The notes under the pieces were generated by a model. It worked only from the letters and a program-made list of their open reading frames with translations. It made no database searches and was not told the origin of the DNA. A DNA stretch of 64,000 nucleotides, from contig MFNK01000012.1 of the NCBI GenBank assembly GCA_001782045.1, positions 86,890 through 150,889 on the forward strand. Direction: 5' to 3'. Numbering within the stretch: position 1 is the first letter of the stretch; the number at the start of each line of letters is the position of its first letter. The position numbers were made by a program, and so were the translations under genes. The DNA is from Candidatus Levybacteria bacterium RIFCSPHIGHO2_01_FULL_36_15b. Its GTDB lineage: Bacteria > Patescibacteriota > Microgenomatia > Levybacterales > UBA12049. Positions 40,055 to 48,713 of the stretch are shown here, piece by piece.

Positions 40055-40540
40055 ATGAATGGAAGTTTTACCCCCCAGCAATTATTTGCATTTGTAGATA
40101 AGGCGGGTAAAGCGACTTATGCTGGAGGCGGAAAGTATGAGGAGAATCCAGAAAGACCTGGATTTTTTGAATTGGTTTATGATAAAGAATCACCTTGGTA
40201 TTACAGAGATAGTTATACGGGACATTCTAGATCTGGCGGGCAAGAAGTTGTTAGATTAAACAACGAACCAATTTGGTGGTCAGGTTATGGTGGAGGTATG
40301 GTGGAGGGTAAAGAAAATATGGCCGACCAAACTTTTGACTTTCTTAAGAAAGCTTTATCTCAGGATGAAGAAGGATTTGAGTCCTTAAGAGGTCCACATG
40401 AATTTACAGACGGAGATTGGAAATATAGCTATAATCAAGATGGCGACATCGTAGACTTTTATGGATACGAAGAGATTTCTTACAAAAGAGAAAAAGTATT
40501 TTGGCACAGAGCGGTCGGGGGGATACTAAAGCATAAATAG
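40055..40540 (+). CDS. DUF5680-like protein
   Basis: KATYAGGG, YRDSY.G, GQEVV, FLKKAL, RGP.EF..G.W.Y, F.G.E.I. Confidence 0.75.
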   Translation: MNGSFTPQQLFAFVDKAGKATYAGGGKYEENPERPGFFELVYDKESPWYYRDSYTGHSRSGGQEVVRLNNEPIWWSGYGGGMVEGKENMADQTFDFLKKALSQDEEGFESLRGPHEFTDGDWKYSYNQDGDIVDFYGYEEISYKREKVFWHRAVGGILKHK

Positions 40541-40553
40541 AGCTTTTTCAATT

Positions 40554-40610
40554 CCTCGGAGCTGAATCCTGGATAATGTAACTATGACCCCGAATGATTC
40601 TTGACCGAGG
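40554..40610. repeat. 44-bp intergenic repeat copy C (40565-40608) within an imperfect hairpin
   Basis: CCTCGG..GAATC...GATTC..CCGAGG inverted arms. Confidence 0.7.
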
Positions 40611-40676
40611 TGGGGAGCAAAAAAAGACTTATAGTTTGATTCATTCCCATCTTCTTGGTATAATTTCTCCTCAGTT

Positions 40677-41327
40677 ATGGTTGTTTACCATTATTCACAG
40701 ATTGATAAATGGAACGAAATCGTTAGGGGTTCGTATAGATCTAGTGATCAGCCAGGTCTTGGTGCATGTAGAAGAATGGGTCACAGTGATCAGGAGGCTT
40801 GGGAAACTAGTGCTGTTTTTGCTTTGCTGGATCCAACTCCAAAAAGTTGGACACAAAATTCTTATTTTAAGGATATTTGGCAATGGCTTAAGTGGGATAT
40901 AGGGGATTTATTATTGGAGATAGCTGTAGACCTAGAAACAGATAATGTTTTTGTTGTTGATAGGGGTCATGTGGAAGGGTTTTTGTATCAGGATAAAACA
41001 GATATTCCTGAAAGATTTTTACATTCAACAAGGAAATTAGCTGAAAGAAAAATGATGGAAAGCAGAATTTCATTAAAAGACTTTTTAGCAAAAGAAGAAG
41101 AGTTACAGTATGCACTACCAGAGGTAATTTTCCCACAGCATGTTCCGTTAGATAAGATTAGAATTTCAAATACGCAACCTTCTTTAGAAGAAAAAGCAAG
41201 AACATATCCCGAGGGATGGTTCAGAGACCTTAAGATAAGAGCTAAGCAATATGTACCCGAACTTTCGAGTTGGATTAATAATTATGAATGTAGAGAAGTG
41301 TCTTCACCTAGTAAAGAAAGAAGGTAA
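40677..41327 (+). CDS. Hypothetical protein with an ADP-ribosyltransferase-like motif layout
   Basis: VYHYS, GL, AVFAL, PEVIFPQHVPLDKI. Confidence 0.45.
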   Translation: MVVYHYSQIDKWNEIVRGSYRSSDQPGLGACRRMGHSDQEAWETSAVFALLDPTPKSWTQNSYFKDIWQWLKWDIGDLLLEIAVDLETDNVFVVDRGHVEGFLYQDKTDIPERFLHSTRKLAERKMMESRISLKDFLAKEEELQYALPEVIFPQHVPLDKIRISNTQPSLEEKARTYPEGWFRDLKIRAKQYVPELSSWINNYECREVSSPSKERR

Positions 41328-41347
41328 TAATATTTACATCGTTATGA

Positions 41348-41393
41348 AATAGGTTCTAACATCGTCTATCCCTCTGAGCAAAAGTTGTCATAC
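41348..41393. repeat. 46-bp repeat family, copy 1
   Basis: 35/46 identical to 45633-45678; first 24 nt are 21/24 identical to 41676-41699. Confidence 0.75.
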
Positions 41394-41452
41394 CTCAACA
41401 ATTATTCTCGAAATATAGTATAGTATTAAGAAAGAAAGGAGGCGCAATATTT

Positions 41453-41650
41453 ATGAACGGGACAATTAAAAAGAAAACAGACAGAGGATTCGGGTTTATT
41501 TCTCGCGAAGGAGAAGCTAAAGATCTTTTTTTTCATTCTAACGATTTAGTAGGTGTTACTTTTGATGAACTTCAGGAAGGAGCAAGCGTAACATTCGACA
41601 TTGTAGATACTGAAAAAGGACAAGCTGCAAAAAATGTTAAGCTTGCCTAA
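41453..41650 (+). CDS. cspA: Cold-shock protein
   Basis: RGFGFI (RNP1), DLFFH (RNP2), KGQAAKNV; SD AGGAGG. Confidence 0.95.
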   Translation: MNGTIKKKTDRGFGFISREGEAKDLFFHSNDLVGVTFDELQEGASVTFDIVDTEKGQAAKNVKLA

Positions 41651-41675
41651 GTAATTTACCTAATAAACATATAGC

Positions 41676-41699
41676 AATAGGCTCTAACGTTGTCTATCC
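41676..41699. repeat. 46-bp repeat family, partial copy 2
   Basis: AATAGGCTCTAACGTTGTCTATCC. Confidence 0.7.
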
Positions 41700-41810
41700 T
41701 GTGGAATAATTTAGTCTCAAAATTACTTCTGATACACTTAAGACGTGAAAGATATTCTAAAAAATCCAGTGCATGTTTTTACTCGAGCTGCAACCGGTAT
41801 ATATAACCTC

Positions 41811-41845
41811 TTGACATATACCCCCGTAGGGTATATCATACTTCA
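41811..41845 (+). promoter_or_regulatory. Sigma-70 promoter overlapped by a CsoR/RcnR-type operator
   Basis: TTGACA-17-TATCAT-6-ATG; palindrome ATATACCC-N5-GGGTATAT at 41816-41836. Confidence 0.88.
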
Positions 41846-42118
41846 ATGAAGCCACATTATGCGGATGTAAAAGTAAAATCCCAAAAACGTCTAAATATCA
41901 TAAAAGGACAATTGGATGGTCTTGGAAAAATGATAGGAAATGACGAATACTGTATAGACCTTCTTAATCAAAGCTTAGCAATTCAAAATTCTCTAAAGAG
42001 CCTCGACGCAGTTTTATTCGAAAGGCATCTCAAAACACACGTTTCACACCAGTTTAAAAACCAAGAGGAAAAAGCAGCCTCCGAATTAGTTGATTTATTT
42101 AAAAGAGTAAATAAATAA
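41846..42118 (+). CDS. CsoR/RcnR-family metal-sensing repressor
   Basis: RLNIIKGQLDGL..M....YCIDLL.Q..A......L......HL..H. Confidence 0.92.
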   Translation: MKPHYADVKVKSQKRLNIIKGQLDGLGKMIGNDEYCIDLLNQSLAIQNSLKSLDAVLFERHLKTHVSHQFKNQEEKAASELVDLFKRVNK

Positions 42119-42124
42119 CCTTTT

Positions 42125-44407
42125 ATGCAAAAACAAACTTTCGAAATCTCCGGAATGCATTGTGCAAGCTGTAGCTCAATTATTTCAAAGAAGCTTAAAA
42201 AACTTCCGGGAATTGAATCCTGCGATGTTAATTTTGCGACAGAAAAAGCGAATATATCTTTTGATAGCAAGAAGATAGATGTGGACATAATGAATAATGA
42301 GATAAACAAGCTTGGTTATTCTCTTTCCTCAAGACATTCTTCTATGAATAATTCAATGTCGGGAATGGATCATTCAGAACACTTAGGACATAATCTATCA
42401 AAAGATGAAAAAGTTAAAGAACTTAATTTACTAAGAAGAAAAGTAAAATTTTCACTTCCTATTACATTTATGGTATTTTTTCTAATGATTTGGGATATTG
42501 TTAAAAATATTGCTCCCTCATTACCAGAATTTCCTATTCCTATGCAACTTTTTAATACTATCTTATTTATTTTAGCAAGCTTCATTTTATTTTGGGTGGG
42601 AAAACCTTACTTGGAAGCAGTACTAAGATTTATAAAATATAGAGTTGCCAATATGGATTCCCTAGTTGGAATTGGAACTTTAACTGCCTATCTTTATAGC
42701 TCTTTTGTATTCTTGTTTCCCCAACTTAGAGAATCCTTATCGTTACCGGAATATACATACTTTGATGTTGCCATTGTTGTTACAGGATTTATTACATTGG
42801 GAAAATATTTGGAAGCACGTTCAAAATTAAGAACAGGAGAGGCAATCGAAAAACTTTTAAACTTACAGGCTAAAACAGCATTAGTTAAAAGGGCAGGTAA
42901 AGAAATTGAAATACCTATATCAGAAGTTGTAGTTGGAGATATCTTAATTGTTAAGCCTGGTTCAAAAATTCCGGTTGATGGAATAATTATTGAGGGAGAA
43001 ACATCAATTGACGAGTCCATGATTAGCGGAGAACCTCTTCCTAAGGATAAGAATAAAGGAGATTTTGTAATTGGTTCTACAATTAATAAACAAGGAAGTT
43101 TTACCTTTAGAGCTAATAAAGTCGGATCTGAAACAATGCTAGCGCAAATAGTACAACTTGTAGAGAATGCTCAGGGGTCAAAAGCTAACATACAAAATTT
43201 AGCAGATAAAATATCCTCTGTTTTTATACCGGTAGTTTTGGCTTTGTCAGTCATAACTTTTATAGTTTGGATTACGATTGGAACCTACTTTTTGGGATTC
43301 ACCTCTGCCTTATCTTTCGCACTTTTATCTTTTGTTGGTATTTTAGTAATTGCTTGTCCTTGCGCGCTTGGACTTGCAACTCCAACAGCTATTATTGTTG
43401 GCGTTGGAAAAGGTGCGGAAAAAGGCATACTTATTAAAAATGCTGAAAGCCTTGAAAGGCTTCATACGATAAAAACCTTAGTATTTGATAAAACCGGAAC
43501 AATTACAAATGGTAAACCAACAGTGACTGATGTTATTGTTTTAGACCCAGCATTTACAGAAAGCAAATTATTACAGATTGCTTCTAGTTTAGAGAAAAAT
43601 TCACAACATCCCTTGGCTAATGCAGTTTCGGAAAAAGCAAAAGCCTTAAAAATAAATTTCTTAAAAGTGACTTCATTTAAAGAATATGAAGGTATAGGCG
43701 TTGAGGGAATAGTTGATAATAAATTTATTATTGTCCGAAAACCAAAACAAACCGATATAAATATTCCAAAACTTGAAATTCTTCAGTCTGAAGGGAAAAC
43801 CGTAATTATTATTGAAAGCAATAAAAAGATAGTGGGGGCACTTGCTATAAGTGATACCATTAAAAATGGAGTAAAAGAAACAATAGAAAAACTACACAAC
43901 TTAAACATTAAAACAATAATGTTAACAGGAGATAATAGAAAAGCAGCTGAAAACATAGCCAAGCAGTTAGGAATAGACGATGTAAGAGCAGAGGTTTTGC
44001 CAAAAGATAAATCGGATGTGATAAAAAAACTTCAAGAAAACGGAGATAAAATAGCAATGGTTGGAGACGGCATTAACGATGCTCCAGCGTTAACACAAGC
44101 AGATATAGGAATTGCTATGGCAACAGGAACAGATATTGCGATTGAGTCTTCAGACATAACGCTTTTAGGAGGAGACATTTTAAAAATTCCCTTTGCTTTT
44201 AAACTATCCAAATCAACGATCAGAACAATTAAGCAGAATTTATTCTGGGCATTTATCTACAATATTGTTGGAATCCCACTTGCAGCGGGTGTTTTATATC
44301 CTTTATTTGGGATATTTTTAAATCCAGTATTTGCAGGTATGGCTATGGCATTATCTTCTGTTTCTGTTGTAGGTAATTCGTTATTATTAAAGAAGATAAG
44401 AATTTAA
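42125..44407 (+). CDS. copA: Cu(I)-exporting P1B-1 ATPase
   Basis: GMHCASC HMA domain, CPC, DKTGT, HP, GDGIND, WAFIYN, MALSS. Confidence 0.95.
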   Translation: MQKQTFEISGMHCASCSSIISKKLKKLPGIESCDVNFATEKANISFDSKKIDVDIMNNEINKLGYSLSSRHSSMNNSMSGMDHSEHLGHNLSKDEKVKELNLLRRKVKFSLPITFMVFFLMIWDIVKNIAPSLPEFPIPMQLFNTILFILASFILFWVGKPYLEAVLRFIKYRVANMDSLVGIGTLTAYLYSSFVFLFPQLRESLSLPEYTYFDVAIVVTGFITLGKYLEARSKLRTGEAIEKLLNLQAKTALVKRAGKEIEIPISEVVVGDILIVKPGSKIPVDGIIIEGETSIDESMISGEPLPKDKNKGDFVIGSTINKQGSFTFRANKVGSETMLAQIVQLVENAQGSKANIQNLADKISSVFIPVVLALSVITFIVWITIGTYFLGFTSALSFALLSFVGILVIACPCALGLATPTAIIVGVGKGAEKGILIKNAESLERLHTIKTLVFDKTGTITNGKPTVTDVIVLDPAFTESKLLQIASSLEKNSQHPLANAVSEKAKALKINFLKVTSFKEYEGIGVEGIVDNKFIIVRKPKQTDINIPKLEILQSEGKTVIIIESNKKIVGALAISDTIKNGVKETIEKLHNLNIKTIMLTGDNRKAAENIAKQLGIDDVRAEVLPKDKSDVIKKLQENGDKIAMVGDGINDAPALTQADIGIAMATGTDIAIESSDITLLGGDILKIPFAFKLSKSTIRTIKQNLFWAFIYNIVGIPLAAGVLYPLFGIFLNPVFAGMAMALSSVSVVGNSLLLKKIRI

Positions 44408-44408
44408 T

Positions 44409-45425
44409 ATGAATCTATTAGTAATCTTTATAACTGGTTTAACGGTGGGAGGATTAACCTGTCTTGCTGTTCAAGGAGGCCTTCTTGCCTCTGTAATTGC
44501 GTCTCGGGAGGAGGAATTAACTAAAGACAGGAAATGGCACGCGATATATAGCACTGGTGCGTTTTTGGTGACTAAGTTAATTACCTATACAATATTGGGT
44601 TTTTTATTAGGCTCTTTTGGAGGAGCAATTAATATTGGAGGAAGGATACAAACTTTTATGCAACTTGCTGCCGGAGTATATATGGTAATTGTTGCATTGA
44701 ACCTATTGAATATACATCCTATTTTTCGCTACGCAATTATTCAACCCCCAAGATTTTTAACCAAACTTATAAGAAATCAATCTAAATCTAAAGATTTATT
44801 TGCACCGGCTTTTTTGGGAGCTATGACAGTTTTTATTCCATGCGGAACCACAATTGCTATAGAAGCATTGGCTATAAGTAGCGCAAATGGAGTAAGCGGC
44901 GCATTGATAATGTTTGCCTTTATATTAGGAACAATACCTCTTTTTTTTGGAATTGGTTTCCTAACTTCGTTGCTTGGAGATGCGTTTAAAACAAAATTCT
45001 TCAGACTTGCAGCAGTTTTGGTAATGCTTCTTGGAGTAACCTCTATTAACGGAGCATTAATTGCCCTGGGGTCACCGATGTCTTTTAATTCAGTTGCTAA
45101 AACTTTTAATAACTTATTTACCCAAAAAACAAATGGTCCAAGAATGAGTGTTGCTACTAATCAAAATCCAGAAATAACGGTAACTTCTTCTGGATACTAT
45201 CCTAATTTAATTAAGGTAAAGAAGGGCATACCAGTTACCATCACCTTAGTTGGAAAAGACGCATATAGCTGTGCTTCTGCTTTTAGAATCCCATCCTTGG
45301 GAATAGGAGTAAATTTAAAATCAGCAAACGATATTCAAAAAATTACATTCGTACCGCAAAAGACAGGAGAAATTTCTTTTAGCTGCTCCATGGGCATGTA
45401 TACGGGAATTATTGAAGTTCTATGA
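44409..45425 (+). CDS. DsbD_2/TauE-like membrane protein fused to a cupredoxin domain
   Basis: TCLAVQGG, FIPCG, C-terminal YSC...FSCSMGMY. Confidence 0.85.
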   Translation: MNLLVIFITGLTVGGLTCLAVQGGLLASVIASREEELTKDRKWHAIYSTGAFLVTKLITYTILGFLLGSFGGAINIGGRIQTFMQLAAGVYMVIVALNLLNIHPIFRYAIIQPPRFLTKLIRNQSKSKDLFAPAFLGAMTVFIPCGTTIAIEALAISSANGVSGALIMFAFILGTIPLFFGIGFLTSLLGDAFKTKFFRLAAVLVMLLGVTSINGALIALGSPMSFNSVAKTFNNLFTQKTNGPRMSVATNQNPEITVTSSGYYPNLIKVKKGIPVTITLVGKDAYSCASAFRIPSLGIGVNLKSANDIQKITFVPQKTGEISFSCSMGMYTGIIEVL

Positions 45426-45637
45426 AAAAAATACAATTAAATATTGAAGGGATGCATTGCTCAAGCTGCGCTATGAATATAGACTTTGATTTGGAAGACT
45501 TGAATGGTGTAAAAACTGCTAAAACAAGTTATGCTAAGCAAAAATGTGAAGTAGAATTTGATGAGAACAAGGTAACAATTGAAGAAGTTCTAGAGCAAGT
45601 TAATAAAACTGGTTATAATGCAGGATTGGTAAAATAG
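45422..45637 (+). CDS. copZ: Copper chaperone (HMA domain)
   Basis: IEGMHCSSC...TGY. Confidence 0.9.
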   Translation: MKKIQLNIEGMHCSSCAMNIDFDLEDLNGVKTAKTSYAKQKCEVEFDENKVTIEEVLEQVNKTGYNAGLVK

Positions 45638-45678
45638 ATTCTAAACTTGTCTAATCCACAGAGCACAAGTTGCCGTAC
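45633..45678. repeat. 46-bp repeat family, copy 3 (overlaps the copZ stop)
   Basis: AATAGATTCTAAACTTGTCTAATCCACAGAGCACAAGTTGCCGTAC. Confidence 0.7.
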
Positions 45679-45714
45679 AAATTATTCAATAAAATAAGGT
45701 ATAATAATACTGTT

Positions 45715-45831
45715 ATGGCAAAAAGAGATACAGGAGTTGGAAAGAAAAAAAAGTCCCGTTCTTATAAAACAAAAAAAAGACGAGAAGCAAAAAAACTAAT
45801 GCTTTCTTTAAAGAAAAAAAGACGCAAGTAG
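45715..45831 (+). CDS. Very basic 38-aa protein (not in the ORF track)
   Basis: MAKRDTGVGKKKKSRSYKTKKRREAKKLMLSLKKKRRK; 20 K/R; TATAAT 9 nt upstream. Confidence 0.6.
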   Translation: MAKRDTGVGKKKKSRSYKTKKRREAKKLMLSLKKKRRK

Positions 45832-45912
45832 TTCCACGTTATAAGTTATCAGATTTTCCTACAACCCTCTGTTTCATTTAAATGCACCAAATGATAAAAT
45901 ACAAGTCTAAAT

Positions 45913-46911
45913 ATGGTAAGAATGCCTAACATTGTAACCATAGGAGGAGGCACAGGCAGTTATACTGCTCTCTATGGTCTTAAAAAATACCCACTAAAGC
46001 TTACTGCAATTGTTAATATGGTAGACGATGGAGGTTCGAGTGGAAGATTACGAGACGAACTTGGCGTACTCCCGCCGGGTGACGTAAGGCAGTGCTTAGT
46101 TGCTTTAGCAGAATCGTCAAAATTATTGCGGGATATGTTTAATTACAGATTTGAAGACGGAGGATTAAAGGGGCATAGTTTTGGCAATATTTTTCTTTCA
46201 ACGCTTGAAAAGCAAACCGGAAGCATGAAAAAAGCAATAGCAGAAGTTGGTAAAATATTAAATATTAAAGGCCATGTAGTTCCTATTACATTTACAAAAA
46301 AAACAAATTTATGTGTAGACCTTGAGGACGGTAAAACCATTGTAGGAGAAACTCATATTGATGAAGTTGAGGCTAAAGAACACAGAGCCCCAATTAAAAA
46401 GGTTTATTTAAAACCAAAAGCAGAACTAAATGCAGACGCAAAAATAGCTCTTGAAAAAGCAGATTTTATTTTAATAGGGCCAGGAGATTTATTTACAAGC
46501 GTATTGCCAAACATTCTAGTAACCGGCGTTACAGAGATAATTAAACACTCTAAAGCTAAAAAGATTTTCGTTGTTAATATAATGACAAAATATGGACATA
46601 CGACTGGCTATGGAGCAAAAAAACACGTTGAAGAAATAGAAAAATATTTAGGTAAAAACGTAATTGATTATGTATTGGTAAATTCAAAAAAACCAAAAAA
46701 AATTACCCATTCATGGTACGAAGAATTCGAAGAGCATCCGGTCGAAGATGACTTGGAGGATAATAGATATAAAGTTATTCGGAAAGACTTGTTGAAAGAT
46801 TTTATTATTGTACAAAACCCAGTTGATGCAAGAAGAAGAAGTATTATAAGACACCACCCCAAAAAATTGGCTAAAGAGATTGTAAATATAATTGAAAATT
46901 TCTCCCTTTAA
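45913..46911 (+). CDS. YvcK/GlmR (CofD-like, UPF0052) protein
   Basis: IGGGTG, DDGGSSGRLR, PPGDVR, GHSFGN, GPGDLFTS, IRH. Confidence 0.92.
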   Translation: MVRMPNIVTIGGGTGSYTALYGLKKYPLKLTAIVNMVDDGGSSGRLRDELGVLPPGDVRQCLVALAESSKLLRDMFNYRFEDGGLKGHSFGNIFLSTLEKQTGSMKKAIAEVGKILNIKGHVVPITFTKKTNLCVDLEDGKTIVGETHIDEVEAKEHRAPIKKVYLKPKAELNADAKIALEKADFILIGPGDLFTSVLPNILVTGVTEIIKHSKAKKIFVVNIMTKYGHTTGYGAKKHVEEIEKYLGKNVIDYVLVNSKKPKKITHSWYEEFEEHPVEDDLEDNRYKVIRKDLLKDFIIVQNPVDARRRSIIRHHPKKLAKEIVNIIENFSL

Positions 46912-46925
46912 GCTATCATTAAAGA

Positions 46926-48431
46926 GTGATAGATAAATTATTTAAACCACTCGATGATTTTTTAAATTTTGTCACAATGTACAGGCTAATGCTGTATTAC
47001 TTGATAATTTTATGGTTCTTAGCCTTAGCTTTAAGTTTTTTAAACCTATTACCATTTACACCCGTTGCATTAATTTTTAGTACAGTATTAATACTACTTA
47101 CTTGTTATATATCAAATATATTTTTTGAAAAAGTTTTCAGGGCCATAACAAATTTTGAATCCACTTACATTTCAGCTCTAATTTTAACTTTAATCATAAC
47201 CCCCTCAATTAATGCGCAAAATATTCAGTTTGCTATAGCAGCAGGAATCATATCAATGGCATCCAAGTATATTCTTGCACTTAATAAAAAACATATTTTC
47301 AATCCTGCCGCAATTGGGGTTTTGATTCCCTCTTTGTTTTCTTTTGGTGGTGCTAGCTGGTGGGCTGGCGCACCTTTAATGAATATTGCAGTTCTTTTGG
47401 GGGGAGTATTAATAGTTAGAAAAATACAAAGATTTGATTTAGTATTAAGCTTCTTATTATTCCATGCGCTAACAATTATTTTTCTTTCAGTAGTTAATCC
47501 AATGGATATTGCTAGCCTTTTAATGACGTCATTTGCTACCTCATCAATTTTATTTTTTGCTTCTGTTATGCTTACCGAGCCATCAACTACACCCCCTGCA
47601 AGAAAATTTCGTGTTTTCTACGCGGGAGTAATAGGTATGCTTTCCTTTTTCCAGACCTTTGAACTTGCACTTATTGTTGGAAACATTTTTTCATATATTT
47701 TCAGCCACAAAGAAAAACTTATGCTAAAACTCAAGGAAAGAATAAAGCTAACAAATGATACCTACGAATTCGTGTTTTCAAAAGAACAAGGTTTTCTTTA
47801 TGAGCCTGGCCAGTATTTGGAATGGACAATAGAAACTAAAAAAATAGACAGACGGGGTAACAGAAGGTTTTTTACGATAGCATCATCTCCTACAGAAAAA
47901 GACTTAAAAATAGGGATCAAAGTTTATGATAGACCAAGCAGCTTTAAAAATACCTTAATGAGCCTTAAGCTTGGGGATAAAGCGCTTGCTGGAAATCTTG
48001 CAGGAGATTTCGTTCTTCCAAAAGAAACAAAAAGTCTAATTTTTGTAGCAGGAGGAATAGGTATAACACCCTTTAGAAGTATGATTAAATACCTTCTTGA
48101 TAAAAACATTAAACGTCAAATAGTCCTTTATTATTCAAACAAGAATGAAGATGAGATAGTTTATAAGGATATATTTGATGAAGCGGAAAGGAAATTGAAT
48201 ATTAAAACTGTTTACAATCTAACAGACATAAATAACATAGGTGCTCAATGGAGGGGATATAAAGGAAGATTAAATGAAGAAATTATAAAAAAAGAATCCC
48301 CCGAATATAAAAATTCAATTTTTTATCTTTCTGGGCCACATGCAATGGTTGTGGGATTTGAAGACACCTTATTAAAAATGGGAGTAAATTCATCACAGGT
48401 TAAAAAGGACTTTTTTCCTGGTTATGTTTAG
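46926..48431 (+). CDS. RnfD/NqrB-like membrane domain fused to an FNR-type FAD/NAD(P)H oxidoreductase
   Basis: HIFNPAA and MLTEPSTTP; RFFTIASSP, GGIGITPFRSM, YLSGP. Confidence 0.85.
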   Translation: MIDKLFKPLDDFLNFVTMYRLMLYYLIILWFLALALSFLNLLPFTPVALIFSTVLILLTCYISNIFFEKVFRAITNFESTYISALILTLIITPSINAQNIQFAIAAGIISMASKYILALNKKHIFNPAAIGVLIPSLFSFGGASWWAGAPLMNIAVLLGGVLIVRKIQRFDLVLSFLLFHALTIIFLSVVNPMDIASLLMTSFATSSILFFASVMLTEPSTTPPARKFRVFYAGVIGMLSFFQTFELALIVGNIFSYIFSHKEKLMLKLKERIKLTNDTYEFVFSKEQGFLYEPGQYLEWTIETKKIDRRGNRRFFTIASSPTEKDLKIGIKVYDRPSSFKNTLMSLKLGDKALAGNLAGDFVLPKETKSLIFVAGGIGITPFRSMIKYLLDKNIKRQIVLYYSNKNEDEIVYKDIFDEAERKLNIKTVYNLTDINNIGAQWRGYKGRLNEEIIKKESPEYKNSIFYLSGPHAMVVGFEDTLLKMGVNSSQVKKDFFPGYV

Positions 48432-48467
48432 TTGACAAGCCATTTTGTTTATGAAACTATTGAGCTA

Positions 48468-48713
48468 ATGAGTCCGTAATTAAAACTTCCTCGTATCTCA
48501 AAGAAAGATGTAGCCACAAGCGTAGCTACAGCATTCGGAGCGGGAATCATTATATTCGGAGCAAGAACACTAGCTGAACAATTGACCAAAGAACAAATTA
48601 AAAAACAAGAAGAATTAGAAGATCAGAAAAAATCTACAGATGAAAATAATGATAATTACTTAAGCGGAGAAGCGTCTCAAATGATTCAAGAGAAATTAAT
48701 ATATGCACACTAG
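48468..48713 (+). pseudogene. Single-TM small gene with a stop at codon 4
   Basis: ATG AGT CCG TAA, then 77 open codons (TM AFGAGIIIFGA and acidic tail); TTGACA upstream. Confidence 0.55.

Noticed and set aside
41348-45678. Classical integron or CRISPR interpretation of the repeats
   Set aside because: No intI or cas genes, no paired R''/R' boxes, and spacing is gene-sized and irregular.
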